Part shown: positions 12,916 to 44,185 of the stretch, in pieces
Numbering within the stretch: position 1 is the stretch's first letter
How the letters are laid out: every line of letters begins with the position of its first letter
Source of the DNA: Balanoglossus misakiensis
Lineage: Eukaryota; Animalia; Hemichordata
Direction of reading: 5' to 3'
DNA length: 64,000 nucleotides
Assembly (NCBI GenBank): GCA_040954595.2
Contig: CM082579.2
Coordinates: forward strand, 9,909,625-9,973,624
Notes under the pieces: model-generated
The model's database searches: none
What the model was told of the DNA's origin: nothing
The model's input: the letters and a program-made list of their open reading frames with translations, nothing else
Translations under genes and position numbers: made by a program

Positions 12916-12946
12916 TTTATAAATAGCGATCAGGGTTTGTGATTGG
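12916..12946 (-). promoter_or_regulatory. TATA box and CCAAT box upstream of the Ig gene
   Basis: TATAAA on the minus strand at 12916-12921 and CCAATC at 12941-12946, about 80-110 bp upstream of the ATG. Confidence 0.5.
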
Positions 12947-14414
12947 GCAGGTATGATAAGAGCTGCGGGTAAGATTTCAATCTTCTAGATCCGGCACTAA
13001 AATTGCCAGTGCTATGACGTCATCTACTGAGCCCCTACTACAATTCCGAATGCAGAAAGAGTATGGCGATCGTATTCGTGTCAAGATATTGATAGAGCAA
13101 TGTTGAACGTGCGCGGAGATATTCTGACAACGCCTCGTAATAAGTGACATACATATACTTGGCAATTGGATTTGGGAAACTCGGTATTTTCATAGAACAA
13201 TTAACATTTCCATCCCCAAAGTATATGTTCTTCCACTATACGGGAAATATGATCATCTGACTCCGATAGCGCTCAGCACCACTGCTGTCTGACTGTGATT
13301 GGATGGCCAAGGCTATCACATCACTTCACAATAGCAAAGAAGAACGTCAAAAGTTGACGTAATGCGTCAACTTTCAACGTATCACTTTCAGGCATTGTAA
13401 ATAGCTTTTAGCGAAATGCTATATGAGATTTATAAACGGAAATAAACCACTTATGAACGGAAAGATATTAATATCGTATTCGTTTGATTTCCGGGTGCCA
13501 TAAACAATGGATATGACCTGCCTTGACCCGGTGCATTAGGAATGTTTATCAAAACAAGTTCATGAGAACAGAAAACGGATGGAGATTTTACAATTTGATG
13601 ATTGGGGACAATGGGCTCGATCGTCATAAAATTTGTCAGTTTGAGGATATTACCGGTAATTACTCTGTTAGATATACCTTTCATGTGAAATGTTCTGATT
13701 TATTAGTTTGGTCACCGATTGGCCAAAAAAAACAAAAAACAACAAAAAAACAACAACAACAACAACAACAACAGACGGATGGACCGGACATGGCCTGCTT
13801 TGGCCTCGTGATATTTTACAAAGGCATGTGCATATTTTTTAATTACGTACAGTTAACGAACAAAAATCCATAAATATCGAATTGAAATAGTTTATTGAAT
13901 CTAGGATAAAACAACGTAAATCATTGTGTGTAAACGACATCTGAAAACTACACGTAAGATGTTATTTCCACCATGAACACATATGAATGATCGACCAACT
14001 GACAGAACACTGCGATATAAAGCGTTTCATCCACATCAAATCTTATGATTAGTCAATATCTGAACATTTATGGCTTGTGCGTACGACTTCTGTAGATAGC
14101 TATTTCTCGCCACTGCAAATTTCACTCCTCACTTCCTATGCCCCGCGGAACGCTTTTCAACGAAAAAGCAAGTCCAGACGAGACCTAGCCTGCCGCCAAT
14201 GTTGACTTTGAAAACATCCTTTTTACAATTAATTGCTGGTTGTCAGATATCAGCAGCGAGTCACAGAAGCAGTATCCAGATTTCGTACCATTTTCAGAGA
14301 AACCTATTTCAGAATCCAGGCTGCCAGTTACCTTGCGGTTACACAAATTGGTTCACATGACGTGACATGGCAAATATAAAATAAAACGCTTGCGCAGTCA
14401 GCGATAGGCGACTT

Positions 14415-17400
14415 TCAGCTGTTCCGTCGATCATCGGCCGACCTTAGCCGATCGCCAAGCTCAATGTTGTCCTCTTTAATGGCGCTGCCGTTGGTCAGGG
14501 CGTGATTGCCTCGTTCCATCACAGGGGTTGAATAGTTCGAGCTGTCCTCGCCCGCGTGACCCCCTACTGTGTGGCGCGCCATGTACATCGCCCGGGACGA
14601 AATACTGTTTAGGCGTGGGTGACCGTACTCTGCTTCCGACGAGTAGCTGTCCACGGAAATGTCATCGTGGAGCTCTTCGTCTCCTGCGGTTTTCGTTCGC
14701 CAGAAGAAGTAGACCACGATTATCGTCGCCACAAGGATGACACCAACGCTGAGAACCACACCAACGCCGACTATAATCATGAGTCTGACCTTTGACAGGT
14801 CGACTACCGTGTGTATGTCTTCTGAAAAACAAACGGGGATGGATGTACGATATTACTGTAATGTTTAGCGGCATGTTCACTTCTCGGCTACAAGAGTGAT
14901 TTGTGACCCACCCATCCCAACCGGTAATGATTTAATCCCTACATGTGACATAGAGTATGTACTACATCAATCTACATGTACTCCTGAACAAGTTGATTGT
15001 GGATCCTACGATATAAGATGTTTTCGATGTTCCTGATCTCAACGAAAACATATTTAATACATACTAAAAATACAACTGGTTGGACAGACAGGTGCAGACA
15101 CCTAAGTACATTTACACGCCCCACCACCAAGTTCAAGTGCCGTCTAACATTGAAAAACTTGCCCCTGCAACGATATGATTGTGAATAACTGGGACAATAT
15201 ATTCCATTGCCATTTTCTCGTGAACGTTTACGGACGTGGTTAACGTATTACACTAAGGGTAAAAAGTAGGTCACTGTGACGACAATTATAGGTCAAATAT
15301 AAATATTTATGGCTTCTGGCGCAACGTGATACATTGGAGCCGGAGTCGACTTAAACAACCCAAAGAAGTGTTGATGTATTACACCCTATATGAACGCCGT
15401 GTCTAATATTTACTTTACATGTAGACACGCTGTTCGTCGTGTCCTGTTTTGGGGCATTACGCAGATGTGCGAATCTCGCGCTACAAATATGGAGATCAAG
15501 AGGCTGTGCCAGGGTTGATGTCAGCAATCCCCTCTGTACAAACGAACATTTTCTGTAGCATTGGTACCCCCCCCCCCTGAACATGCCTGCTATAGAGAGT
15601 CTACGGAACAGGCGACGTGAAAGTCTCTTTCTATAACCGGGAAGGGGTCTGGCTAAAAAGGGGAAGAAAATGCAACCTCTATGGTCCCATTTTACTATTT
15701 ACGACGCCCCTGTCTTGGTGCCACGCACTTACACTTAGGCTGCATTCACAAACACCTCTGGAGGGGGGGGCGGGAGAATTCAATTTTTTTTACCGCTAAT
15801 TTTCACATGCCCCCCTTCCGAACTGCCAATATTTTCAAATCCCCCCCTTCCGAACTGCCAAAATTTTGAAATCCCCCCCCCCCATTGTCTTTCACAGAGC
15901 AAAACACATCACCTATCTATCTTGTAAAAAGAAAAACAGCGCTCCCATGAAAAGAATTTTGAAACTGATGTTTCCCCTCATCAGTGGGTATTAAAACTGA
16001 ACATTGTTTTTATTTTTTAAGTACATATATTTGTATTCTGTGTTTGGAGACTTTGTAAACCGAGAATTGAAGGGGGTGGGTTTGGGAGGGGGTGTCCCCC
16101 TCCCACGTAAGAAAATTTTCTAAAATACAGAGCTCAAAGCTGCATTTTAATGAACCCGGCAAAAGCAAATTAACTCAACTACAGGTATGTTGGGGAGGAC
16201 AAATTTAACCGTCGGCGCTCAAAGTTATCATGGGGTGGGGCAAGTCCCCTGACCTGGGACACTAGATAAACCAGTCAATGATTGAAAGGTGTTGATGAAT
16301 GGAGGGGGTGGGTGTGGGAGGGGGTGTCCCCCTCCCACATGAGAAAATTTTGTAAAATAAAGGGCGCGAAACTGCATTTTTGTGGACTCAAAATAAATAT
16401 TTAGTCGTTAAAGTTTTCAAGTCCCCCCCTTTCAGTCCCTAAATTATTTCAAATCCCCCCCCTCACATACCCTCAATTTTTTCAAATCCCCCCCCTCAAT
16501 TCTCCCGCCCCCCCCTCCAGAGGTGTTTGTGAATGCAGCCTTAACACATATATCCACGCGAAGTTATCTCAAAATAGTTCCAGTCTAGTTTTGGTGCTGA
16601 AATTTAATTCTCTTTTAATTTACGTGGATGAATATAAATGTGCCACGAAAATCATAATTTTGGGAACTGGCAACTGATAGAATAGCCTGTGTGATGGGGT
16701 TATCACTAGAGTCCCAATAAAACACCCTGTTTTTGTATTAATCATAAGAAGCAGGACAAGTAATATTAGTGGAGCCAGGGTTCTCTGTTGATGTGCACAT
16801 ATCCACAGCGACGGCATGGCAGCCTTTGATTTGAAGATAATTACCTCTGCACGGGCCTTCCAATTCATCTTCGTCTTGACCGTCAATGCAATTGTCAACC
16901 CCGTCACATGTCAGACCGTACGGTATGCACATGTCGGTGTTGTTGGAGCATGGAAAACAGTATCCGTCTGAAAGAGGGCGAGACAAACAGTTGGGATAGG
17001 TCGCCGTGGTCATGACTAAGAAAAACGTCTTCGATGCAACTGGCAAATAATTATAGTGATAATGTGGGACGCACAATGTAAAATGGCCTGCAACTGCCCT
17101 GTGCGTGTGTGTGCGTGCGTGCTCTCGAACGATATGATGTCATTCGTTGCGCATGTCAATACGGGAACACTGCGAAAAGATCCAACATTATTTATCATAT
17201 ATATAATACTTTGTAATCCTATGTTCTTGTTAATTATCAATACGTTCAAAGATTCTGGTTCATGATTCAAGAGAAATGATTTATTTCTTAGAAAGCAAAT
17301 AGCCAAAGAACGCGATTATGCAATCAACTAAACGTGATGGGGTTTTGTGTACATCAATTTATAGCTAACTTTTATTATATCAAATGGAAGCTGAGAGGTA

Positions 17401-18331
17401 TGGTGTGACGTATGACGACACCTAACCGATATGGCACGCGTATGACGCATTACCCATAAATATAATGACGCAATGTTGTACATGATAGCATGGGGTATGA
17501 TGAGAAAAAGTTTACTCGGATAGGCGAAATAAAACGTTTTCCTTTTTTTATTTTTAATATAGAAAGCCTGCGTGCATCCAATTACCCGAGACGTTCCGGA
17601 AAGATGTCAGAATGATTCTGAAGACAGCCAGCGGGGCAGTGCTCCGCCTAAGTCGGATGGTGATCCCGTTTGTGGTGGTGTTGATCGGTCGGGGGAGACT
17701 CTGGTTTCCGACCATTGGATCTGAACACAGTCCACTGGGCCGCGTCAACGGATTGGCCGTGCTGTTGAAACCATCGTAGATCTCCAGCCGCTGGCTGCCG
17801 CACGTCCTAGGGTCGTTGGACGGCACTTTGAAACTTCCAAACCTGACGTTGATCCGCATGTCGGCGATTGTCCTGAAGGCGACTGTGCAGTCGTACTGGA
17901 AGAAGCTCTCGATGCTGCCGTCGTCTTCGGCGACGATGACGCCTCCAAGTTTGATCTTGTACATGCCACAGTTGTTGGTATCTTCCTTACCGTACATTTT
18001 CACTGCAGATGCAAAAAAAAATATTCGACATGAGCAAATTTCTTTTCACTGTAACAGATTTACTTCACCGACAAAGAGATACAATACTACTCGGCGACAA
18101 GAAGCATGTTGCTATGGAAACGTGGTTGTCGTGTATTTCTGTCCAATTTAAAACAGACTGTTTTCATCAATAGATACAACACCTTATCAGCTGACTATTA
18201 TCATGATTGATTTTCTCTATAAATGCCTATATTTTGAGTACTGGCCTTGAAAGTTAACGCTTAGAACATATTAGTAAGTACAGGTACCGAGGGGCCCAGG
18301 TCAACTCACCAGAGGAACTGATGGTTAACGT
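14415..18331 (-). CDS. CUB + LDL-receptor class A + transmembrane protein (NETO/LDLRAD-like architecture); first coding exon not located
   Basis: In-phase exons: tentative 22-nt microexon 18331-18310; CUB 18002-17586 (YDCTVAF...INVRFGSFKV...CGSQRLEIYDG...GLC...ITIRL); LDLa 16967-16845 (CFPC...CIPYGLTCDGVDNCIDGQDE); TM and tail 14821-14415 (IIVGVGVVLSVGVILVATIIVVYFFWR). AATAAA on the minus strand at 13891-13896. Confidence 0.85.
15738..16540. mobile_element. Non-autonomous PIF/Harbinger-type MITE (~803 bp) in an intron of the CUB-LDLa gene
   Basis: TIRs of about 43 bp: GGCTGCATTCACAAACACCTCTGGAGGGGGGGGCGGGAGAATT and its reverse complement ending at 16540. A 3-bp TTA duplication flanks it (15735-15737 and 16541-16543). 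No ORF. Internal C/G-run repeats. Confidence 0.85.
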
Positions 18332-21300
18332 CTAAGGTAGTGAAACATACAACTTATTATTGGTGACTCAATTCTCATTTAAAATATAGAATAACCCCGT
18401 AGCGGAGAAAGGTTAAATGCATATATTCTTTGTTACTATAACTATGTACAATGTACCACTGCGTCTATTTCAATATTTCATTAATCTTTAATTACCCTTC
18501 AAGCTAAAAATACAACTGTGACTTGACGAACTGCGCGCGTTTGCCATGGTGATGAGTCGCCATGGTTCGCCTTTGGAAATAAATAAGTTCAGCAACCTTG
18601 TACAGTCGGGTGTTGGTGTGTAACAGAGACAAGTTATTGTCAATGATATAGTCCGCGCCTGATCAACACATTAAGAATACGTGGGGGAGAGGAAACCTTG
18701 GTGGAATGAAATCAGTCCGATCATGTCTGTAGACCTTTACAGCTGCACGGAAATTGCGATTATTGAATAGTTCCTGCATTTCTGTGTAGCAACTATGGCG
18801 TGAAAAAAAATCGTAACCGAGTGGTCATATTGGATCATCTCCATACATACACTATTTACGCCATGGTATTATTCTAGTACCAAGTTGGAATAAGATGTGT
18901 TCTGGCATGTCTGAGTTAATGTTGTAAGACATGATTAGTGTAGCAATAAAGTGGCGGCCCGGTGGCTATATTGGATCCCAATCCAGTAGTTCCCCCGCCT
19001 CCCTTCGTCCGCGGGGGGGGGGGGGGGGGGGGGGGCTAAAGTAACTTCCAGGAAGTTCTGATAGGCTTTGGATTGTGTGGTTTTTATCAGAGAGTAGTGA
19101 CTAGATATGCATCGAGTCCACTCTGGTTTCATTTGTAATGAGCTCAGTAACTGTAGGTCCAGGTAGCATTTAAACCACGATAACACCGTATTTATGCAGT
19201 GTTCCATTCAAGGGAACTCTCATCACTGTAAACATAATAATCTGTATAATATTGCCCGGTCTGTTGCACACAATGGTTGTCATGCCATCATTCCTATTGA
19301 CACGTTGACAAAACTGTTCTGGAATTCAATGACTTCCAGGAACGTGAGTGAACTTCTTACTTTGACTCTAAGTGAAGTGCAGCTGTCAATCAACGGCAAC
19401 ATGACTGAATTCATCAGTGACGATATTTCACCGATCCACAGAAAATATGATCATACAGAAGTTTCACTACGACCACCTTTCTCTGAAATATAATCAAGAT
19501 ATTTGAAAATCCTAATCTGATATTTGGAAATGTTTTTTTAACGTGTCCTTTTCACCATATTAAGAATAGACATACCTATTCTAAACAATGCGGTTGAATC
19601 CTCGGTTAGACGGCAAGCGGGAAAAGGGCCGTGACTGAGAGAGTACCGATTGGGGTCATCGCAGTGTAAAGTATGGCCGGAGGTTATGTGAGCACGTGCC
19701 GCTTTCATTCCAGTAGGAGGACACGCAATTATAGTGTTGACCTTTCCTCGCGACCTCGTGTATCCCATGTAGTAAAACTTTATTGGCCGTGATAAATCGG
19801 AGTAGGTCCTAATCCTGTGACCCGATTCTTACTTGCGATCAGCTGCTCTCTATACAGAACGTAGAACCCGTAACTTGTTGACAAAGTCAAATAGTGTATG
19901 ATGTAGACTAAATCACTATATGATGCAGAGCAGTGTTGTACTGGATGTAACGGCGGTGACGTCAGCATAGTCATGGTGATGTGTATAACTAATCATTCAG
20001 AGCATAAATCCCTTCAAATAATTTCCAATGCTCGAAATGTTGTCGAAATTTACAATTGGTGTGAGAAGGTGAGAAGACAAGCATCACCACCAACTTCAGG
20101 AGTATTTGTATGTAACCTATGAGTCATTTTATTCACGAGTCCCTTGTATACACTCTCTCCTACCAGCTGTTTGCGTTTATGGTCAGCCTCGACCTCAAAA
20201 ATTCAGCACGTCATCGGTGGTTAATACCACCCGTATGGGTTAATTACTGGGAATATTTGGTAGAAGACTATCGCTCACTTTTAATACAGAGGCATGAAGT
20301 CTTGCCTATCCTGCATGGTCTCACATTCCGATGCCTCGAAGTCCATGAAGTCATTGAAAAAAACTTAGACCGATTTTAGGTATATCTGATGGCAGACATA
20401 ATATGAAATCTTCCACGGTAGAGGAAGAAAAGAAAAATTGCTCCTCGAGAAATTTTTGGCAGAAAAAATGTCAAGTTCCATTTTTCATCATTGCAGGAGT
20501 CTCAGAGTACGTCCTGTTCTTGTGTATAGTGTGTCATTGTTGTATCCGAGTGTTTTCAGCAGTTTTAGTACGCCTTGAAATATGTGAAAAGACCAGCCAG
20601 CTTGCCTCGTGCACATAGACGTAAAATATTCACTGGTCTGATATGTTGCCATTCGCCAACTCTATATGTGTAGGGTCAAGCAAGTATGTTTTCCCCAAAA
20701 GCTGGCTATAAGCATATCACTAACTCACTGCAAATATACAGCCTGCAGACAGTGTGAATTGCAGGCCACAGACCCTGTAGAAATACCTCCAGCATATCCT
20801 ACAAATCCGATTCGCTTTTACTTGCATCTTTGCAGGTATTTTCTGTTAGAGAAGCACGTCTAGATCTACAGTCCACTAAACTCGCAGACTTAGGTTTTCA
20901 TGGCATTTGTTGTTTCAACTTGCAGGGCAATGTTCAGTGTGTCGTGTCTAGGAGCTAGGACGGCGAATTCCAAGCCCAACATTTTCCACGTAGCACTACG
21001 GGGTTAGACGCCCTTGCAATGAGCTTGTATGTTTACCAGTGGAAATAATTCACTTTCCCAAGATGCACAATGCGCTCTTGATTCTGAAAATCGCAATATA
21101 CAGTGTACAGTTGTATTCATGTTTTGCTATTAGGTCTGTAGTCGTCAAGCAGCGTTTGGGAAGTCTTGTGGAAAGAGAGAGAGGGAGTCATAGCACAGAC
21201 CCAGTAGCTAACATACCGTAGGATGTGAAAAACCGCCAACAGTTCCATAAATTGTCTCTTGTTTCTGAACATAATCTTCGCCAGCATAGTTTACATGACA

Positions 21301-22458
21301 GTGGTCTAATTTCTTTCAAAAACGTCGAAGAGCTTTTTTCTCGCGGTAAAACAAACTCGAGTCGATCATTTCGTATTTTCCCACTGCTTTGCTATTGCTG
21401 TCTGCCGATGGTACATTTCACGAACATAGCGCCCTAATAAAACTCCTGATTGAGATCTATAGTATTGTTTACAGGACGTTTCAGGTCACATGCATAACAC
21501 GACAGGGGCTTGCCACCAAAGCTAACCCATTGACACGGTGCACATAGGTTACATATGAAACGTAAAAAAAGCGCGAAAATGGTCTTATCGTAATATGCAA
21601 TTTGGAAATAGAAGGAAGTAATGGAGTTTAAGTCGTATAAGAAAACATGATCACGTGACCAACACACGTGATCATGTGGTTATATAGAACCGTGTTGACG
21701 GAACTCGTCAACTTATACGCCAATGCTAATCTGCGCAACATACTGAGTTACAAATCACAGCCCTTGGCCCCTTCTATCGCCGCTGGCTCTACAAGCCAAA
21801 GCATGCTCTATTTGCCCAATTTAAAAGAATAAACTGGAATGTATTGAGTAGGTTTGCGGCAGGAAAATTAGAAAAGCGTGTCTAGCAAAACGATCTCTGT
21901 TTATTTTCTTGGGAGCATGGTGACTTGGCTGCATAGTTTGAGGTACTGATAATAGCCAACGGGCAAACGAGGATCTGGAGTAACAAATTACCACTGCAGC
22001 TCACATTATTTAATTTATTACGTCTTATATTATTTTGTTCCAATCTGACAAGTCAAGCCACGCGTCTTCTTTTACACTATTCATTGTCTACCCTGAAATA
22101 GTGCTACTGGAAAATTAAAAAAAAGACAACGAGGCTAAATATCAGAATGGCTAAACCGCAGACAATAGTCTACAGTGCATTGGATGGGCATTCCTTAAAC
22201 ACATGGAAACTGCTTTGAGAATTTCCGAAGATGAAACAAGCTTGTTAGCGTCTTAAGCTGGAGACTGGCGGCACGTCCGTAGAGATAATGTTTACATAAC
22301 TGACAATCATTGTCCTGCTGATTTCGTTACGCTAATTAAATGGCAACCGTTGCTGGAATCGCAACTCACGACCTGCCTTGGTATCCTTACCTAATGCCTA
22401 CATAGTCCGTCGTTAATGGTTTAATTTGATTTGTTAATGGAATATAAACACTCACATG

Positions 22459-22535
22459 GTTGTGTTGTGTTGTGTTGTGTTGTGTTGTGTTGTGTTGTGT
22501 TGTGTTGTGTTGTGTTGTGTTGTGTTGTGTTGTGT
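22459..22535. repeat. (TGTTG)n pentanucleotide microsatellite
   Basis: About 15 perfect units. Confidence 0.95.
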
Positions 22536-25500
22536 ACGTCGTCATTAAGAACAGTTTCGCAGTGCATTATTGTTAAAAATTGAAAATTATTCCGATGGGG
22601 ATTACCGAGAATGTTGTTCTAGGCTACTATTGTTTGCTAGAATTAGCAATATGCTAGTGCTCTCTTGTTATTTAATCTCATCGGTATACGAGTGCGCAGT
22701 ATTTACACTAATGCATTTAATTCAATGTGAGAAGTGTGATGAACAGTCCCAACAAAGTTGACTATAGGTTGAAAAACACTGCTTCATGCCTATTTGGTCT
22801 GTAGACCGCAGTTAGATAAAACTATCCCCAGGTGCTTTTAACGACCGCCTACGTGACGTCACGGGATGTCTCGGTCAGCTGGTCTTGCTTGTCGCGCTGC
22901 GGTGACACTTCGGCAGTTCTGAGGAATGTGCACATGTCACGCGTGACGTCAGGCCGTGTATAAGTTGGAGGCAGGTTAGGTTTTCTAAACAATAGAAGTC
23001 ACGGCACGACCTATGCGACTTTGACATTCAGAACCACGCGACGAACCGAGCAAGCGTAAGCAAAATTGGCTTGTGACATGCAAAATATGACATCAGAATT
23101 TCGACCAAATATGCATGTCGGCAGGTTTTTTTGCTTTGATTCAGTTACTTTGATATCATCTGCCGATAATACGTCAGTGGGTACGTTTTATTCAGTAATA
23201 CGTGGCACATTAAAATCTCAAATCTCTTGACGTGTGCTGATTTGATAAAAAGCCACCTTAAGTGGCCACGCACACATATATAAGCAAACATCGTATGGCT
23301 TTGTGCGCATGCCCAAAGTTATTTTCTACACATCGTTCAGATGACATGATGATATTTTTTAACTCAAAGAATTCGACCGAACTGGAGTTTAAACGAATCC
23401 ACAGCATCGCCAAGTACGCACATACTTGTACTTCAAGTACCATGAACGATAATAGATCATTGGGTAGTTTCTTTTTTTCCTTTGTTTATTTTCCATTACT
23501 TTATACCGTGTTTTCACTTCGTCACATAACGAGGAATGTGGTTACTCACTTACCGATCTAAATATCTAGCTCGTCGAATTCCTTTTCAAGTTTGATTGTA
23601 ATTTATATAATTATTCTGCCCAAGGCGAGATACATGTATGTATAACACACTCTGAAAGCCAGTAGAACGATCAAGATTAGAATTATCCCTTAGATCTCTA
23701 CATGAGTCATTCAAAGATTTCTGAAGTAGAATTCGGCAACAAGAGCCCACTGATGACTTACCAGAAGAAAGAAAAATTAGCATATTTTTAATCACCAAGC
23801 GCTGTCAAAAAGCTTTGTGTAAATGTATCGTCATAATATCCTGCTGAAGTGTACCGTACTTCGAGTTTTCGAAAAAAAGTGTGCTGGTTCAGCTAATAAT
23901 TGTCCATGCATACAGTACTCCCACAGCTCTCTTTAAATATGACGACATTTGTGCTAGCTGTTCTGCGTCATTTACACAAATCTGGCAGACCACCACATCA
24001 AGCGGTCGCCTTGAATGCTGAGGACACCACAGGTTGTTTAAAAAACTCCCCCATCGCTATGTCAGGCGGTTATTTGCAGTTCGGCATACGATCCGCCTCC
24101 AGGGAACCTTGTTAAATATCAGCGTGGCGGTACCCACGTCAAAATAACAGAGATATAGTCGTTAGGTGTCTCGACCCCTGCCACCAATCGACCGGCGAGA
24201 GTCAAAACCTGTCGCCTGGCCGTCATGTAACCGACGCGAGGCAACTGTGGCTTTGTGTAGGCGAGGAAAGTGAAGGTCAGTGGTTCACGTGTCCAGACGT
24301 TGCAGGATAGAGTCGCCATGCACAGTGGAAGGTTGAAGGCAACGACTGCTCTTAAATTGAGGATAAATACTTTGCACAGGATGGAGAGGACTAAACAGTT
24401 ATTTTGAATCGGATTGGGCTTTAAAAGATGGAAAAGAAGGGTTTATTCGGGGTTTAACTGACTAGCACCCTGGATATATACAGGACAGAGCATCAAACTT
24501 AGTCTTATCATAATAGTTTTAGTTTACAGAATTATCATTTAAAATGAACATTTATACGTTCGCTATAACCACTAACATATAGTCCATAGGTCAGTATTTA
24601 ATGAACGCGGCAACTTGTCTCTAACGAACGACATCAATGAACCTCTAAAACAGTTATCATAATCACAAACTTTCGATTGCCTATTGGATTTCATTTCATA
24701 GGTTTGAAACTGTTAAAACGTCATAGTTAGACATTTTGCAGTGCGTGCACACGGGAGCCTTTGCAGTAAAAAGAGACGGGAATAAAGTTAATTGCATTAG
24801 AGTGCAACTGGTGCCGTTCGGTTTAGCATAGCAGGGTCAAAAGAGTATACGTTGAATAGCCTTGATTAGAGACATAACGTCAGGGACCTTCCTGTGGAAT
24901 ACGGTGAAAGAAGACAAGAACCCTTGCCTGATGTCAATTACCGCAAACCAGTGGCCGGGAATGTGAATTGACACTTGCGCATCTCAAATTGCTTAGTCAG
25001 CTGTTAGGACTCGGCTGAATCGAGTCGGCGCGAGCTAAACAAGTCATCTATGTTTCGCATACTCCGTGCGCAGAGGTAATATGACTAGTTTTTCAGCTGT
25101 ACGTCAGTCCAATTAAATCCCACGCGCCTTGCAGCTTCTAAACAGGCACTGAGATGTTTAGCGCAAATTCCGTTGCATGGTCCGCAAATCCATATCTTCA
25201 CGAACCTTGTAAAAAGGGATATATTTTGCTTTGCATATGTATAGTGTGAAATTCAAGAGAAGAAAACACACCAGTCTGATAGTACAGCAAAACCAACCGG
25301 GACCAAAATATTTCTCTTATGAGCACGGAATGGAATGGTGCAAAATGTGAAAGTACGCAAAATAAACTGCTCTAGCTGTCACTTGCCTTCGTTAGAACCT
25401 GCTCCACACTGTCGACATACAAAAGCGAACGCCAACAAAACGCAAACTTTCCGAAGCTTAACTTCTCTGGCAGCCATTCTTCGATCCACACCGCCTCGCG

Positions 25501-27030
25501 TATTTTCATGTGTCCGGGGCGCGCGGCTATAGGCTGCGCGAGATATCACGCTGACGACCTCATCGACCGGCCATGTTCAAGTTGACCGAACTGCAGCCTG
25601 ATACGTGTACTGTGAGCTACAGACAGGCAACGCCCACGTTCAAGTCGCAGATGCATTCCATGGCCACTGGCAGCTCAATGGCAGTACAGCAGTTGCCTTC
25701 GCAACGGGAAACAATACACGCACTTGTAAACCAATTAGTGACGTTGACCGAAGACAACCAGAAGCAACGAAAGAAGTTCCCGCGCCAACTGCAGGCTTTG
25801 AATGGACTGGAAGAACTGCAGATGACGCACGCAAGTACTTGGTTAGGGGCTCTTTATTCTTGAGGAGAGAGGCCCTCTAGGTAAGTTAGAAAATGAAACT
25901 AATTTACGACATGTGTAGTTAACAAATCTGTCCGATGCGAGTGATCTCACCGGTAAAGTTGAACCACACTTTACGCTGTTCCCAGTTTATGTATAGTAAT
26001 GCAATAAACCATATACATGTTCGTGTAGTATTGAATATCTTGCCACTGAGGAGCTGACTAAGTTTTTAGTTCGATGTCTGGGCAAATTACGTGAGGTAGA
26101 CATGGTGGTAAACAAAACAGTTAGCAACAAATTCTAAGAGAGAAAAAAGATGTAAATGAACCCAACCTGAACATTCGTCTTAGCCTCAAATATCTTGATC
26201 ACACATGCTTTTACTCGGGTACTTTTTGACGAATCACAAGGGTACAAAAGGCACCAGTCGGCTAGAGCAATCGTTTAGATGTATTTTAAGGTAGCTTATG
26301 AGGTTCGGGATGACATTTTCAATCGCAAACTTCTTGGTCAAATCATATTTATTTACACTTAACTCCATCTTTAACATCAATGGCATAACTATTGAATAAC
26401 ACCGGGGGTACATGTATGGTGGGGATTCTACACAGCGTGAACAAAAAATCTACTTCGCGTTATTAAGTCATCACAAACTAGCCAGTGCATGTCCATAAAG
26501 CTTATTTACATTGTATTGAAATTCACCCAAAAGGCGTCGAAAAAATGTCTAAAGTCGCATAGAGGAGACTGCAAATATACAGATTCCAGAATATAAATCA
26601 ACGACTAATCTTCAGAACGGTATCTTCATCCAGTTTATACCTCGGACATTATTCATATTGGTCAACTTTGAGTGATTGACATCTGGCGGCGCCCGTGGTC
26701 ACACACGCTCACTCTCGTCACCTCGGTTGTGTCGACTAATTGATGCCATCAGCACATCTGTATTGTCCTTCCATTAAGCAGATTTACATCATGTTTCCGA
26801 AGAAAAATCACATGCATTCTAATATCGTGTCTCCAGCAGCATAGTTCACGAACGAATGATTTTGTCCCGTATACAGAGTACATGCTAAGGAGAGTTCAAA
26901 ATTGTGAAATTTAAATGAATATTTTTCATATTGTCCTGTAAAATACGAGAAGCTCGAGCATTTGTAAGAACGCCTAGGCCCGAGGCAGGAAGTGGTACGA
27001 ATGTTATAGTTCTTGACAAAGCACGTGACA

Positions 27031-44002
<16,972 letters not shown>

Positions 44003-44185
44003 TGTAAACGGGCTCACTTTTACACCAGCGACGGACGAACTCCACCGTAGAATCGACGTCCCCCTCTGTCTAAAAACTTACTGGTTCAATTGGCAAACAA
44101 CGCCGATCGTGAACACTTCTACACACACACACTTGAGTACTGCCTCGGTATCGGAGTAATATTCCCCCAGTCGGCAGCGGGCAGA

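Noticed and set aside
13523-13873. 116-aa ORF with poly-Q
   Set aside because: The poly-Q derives from a (CAA)n/A-rich simple repeat; TTG start and no domain.
25573-25886. Plus-strand ORFs of 91-96 aa ending at a strong GTAAGT donor (25881); a similar orphan donor at 10080
   Set aside because: All frames stop at or before the donor, with no domain and no downstream exon found. A non-coding exon cannot be excluded.
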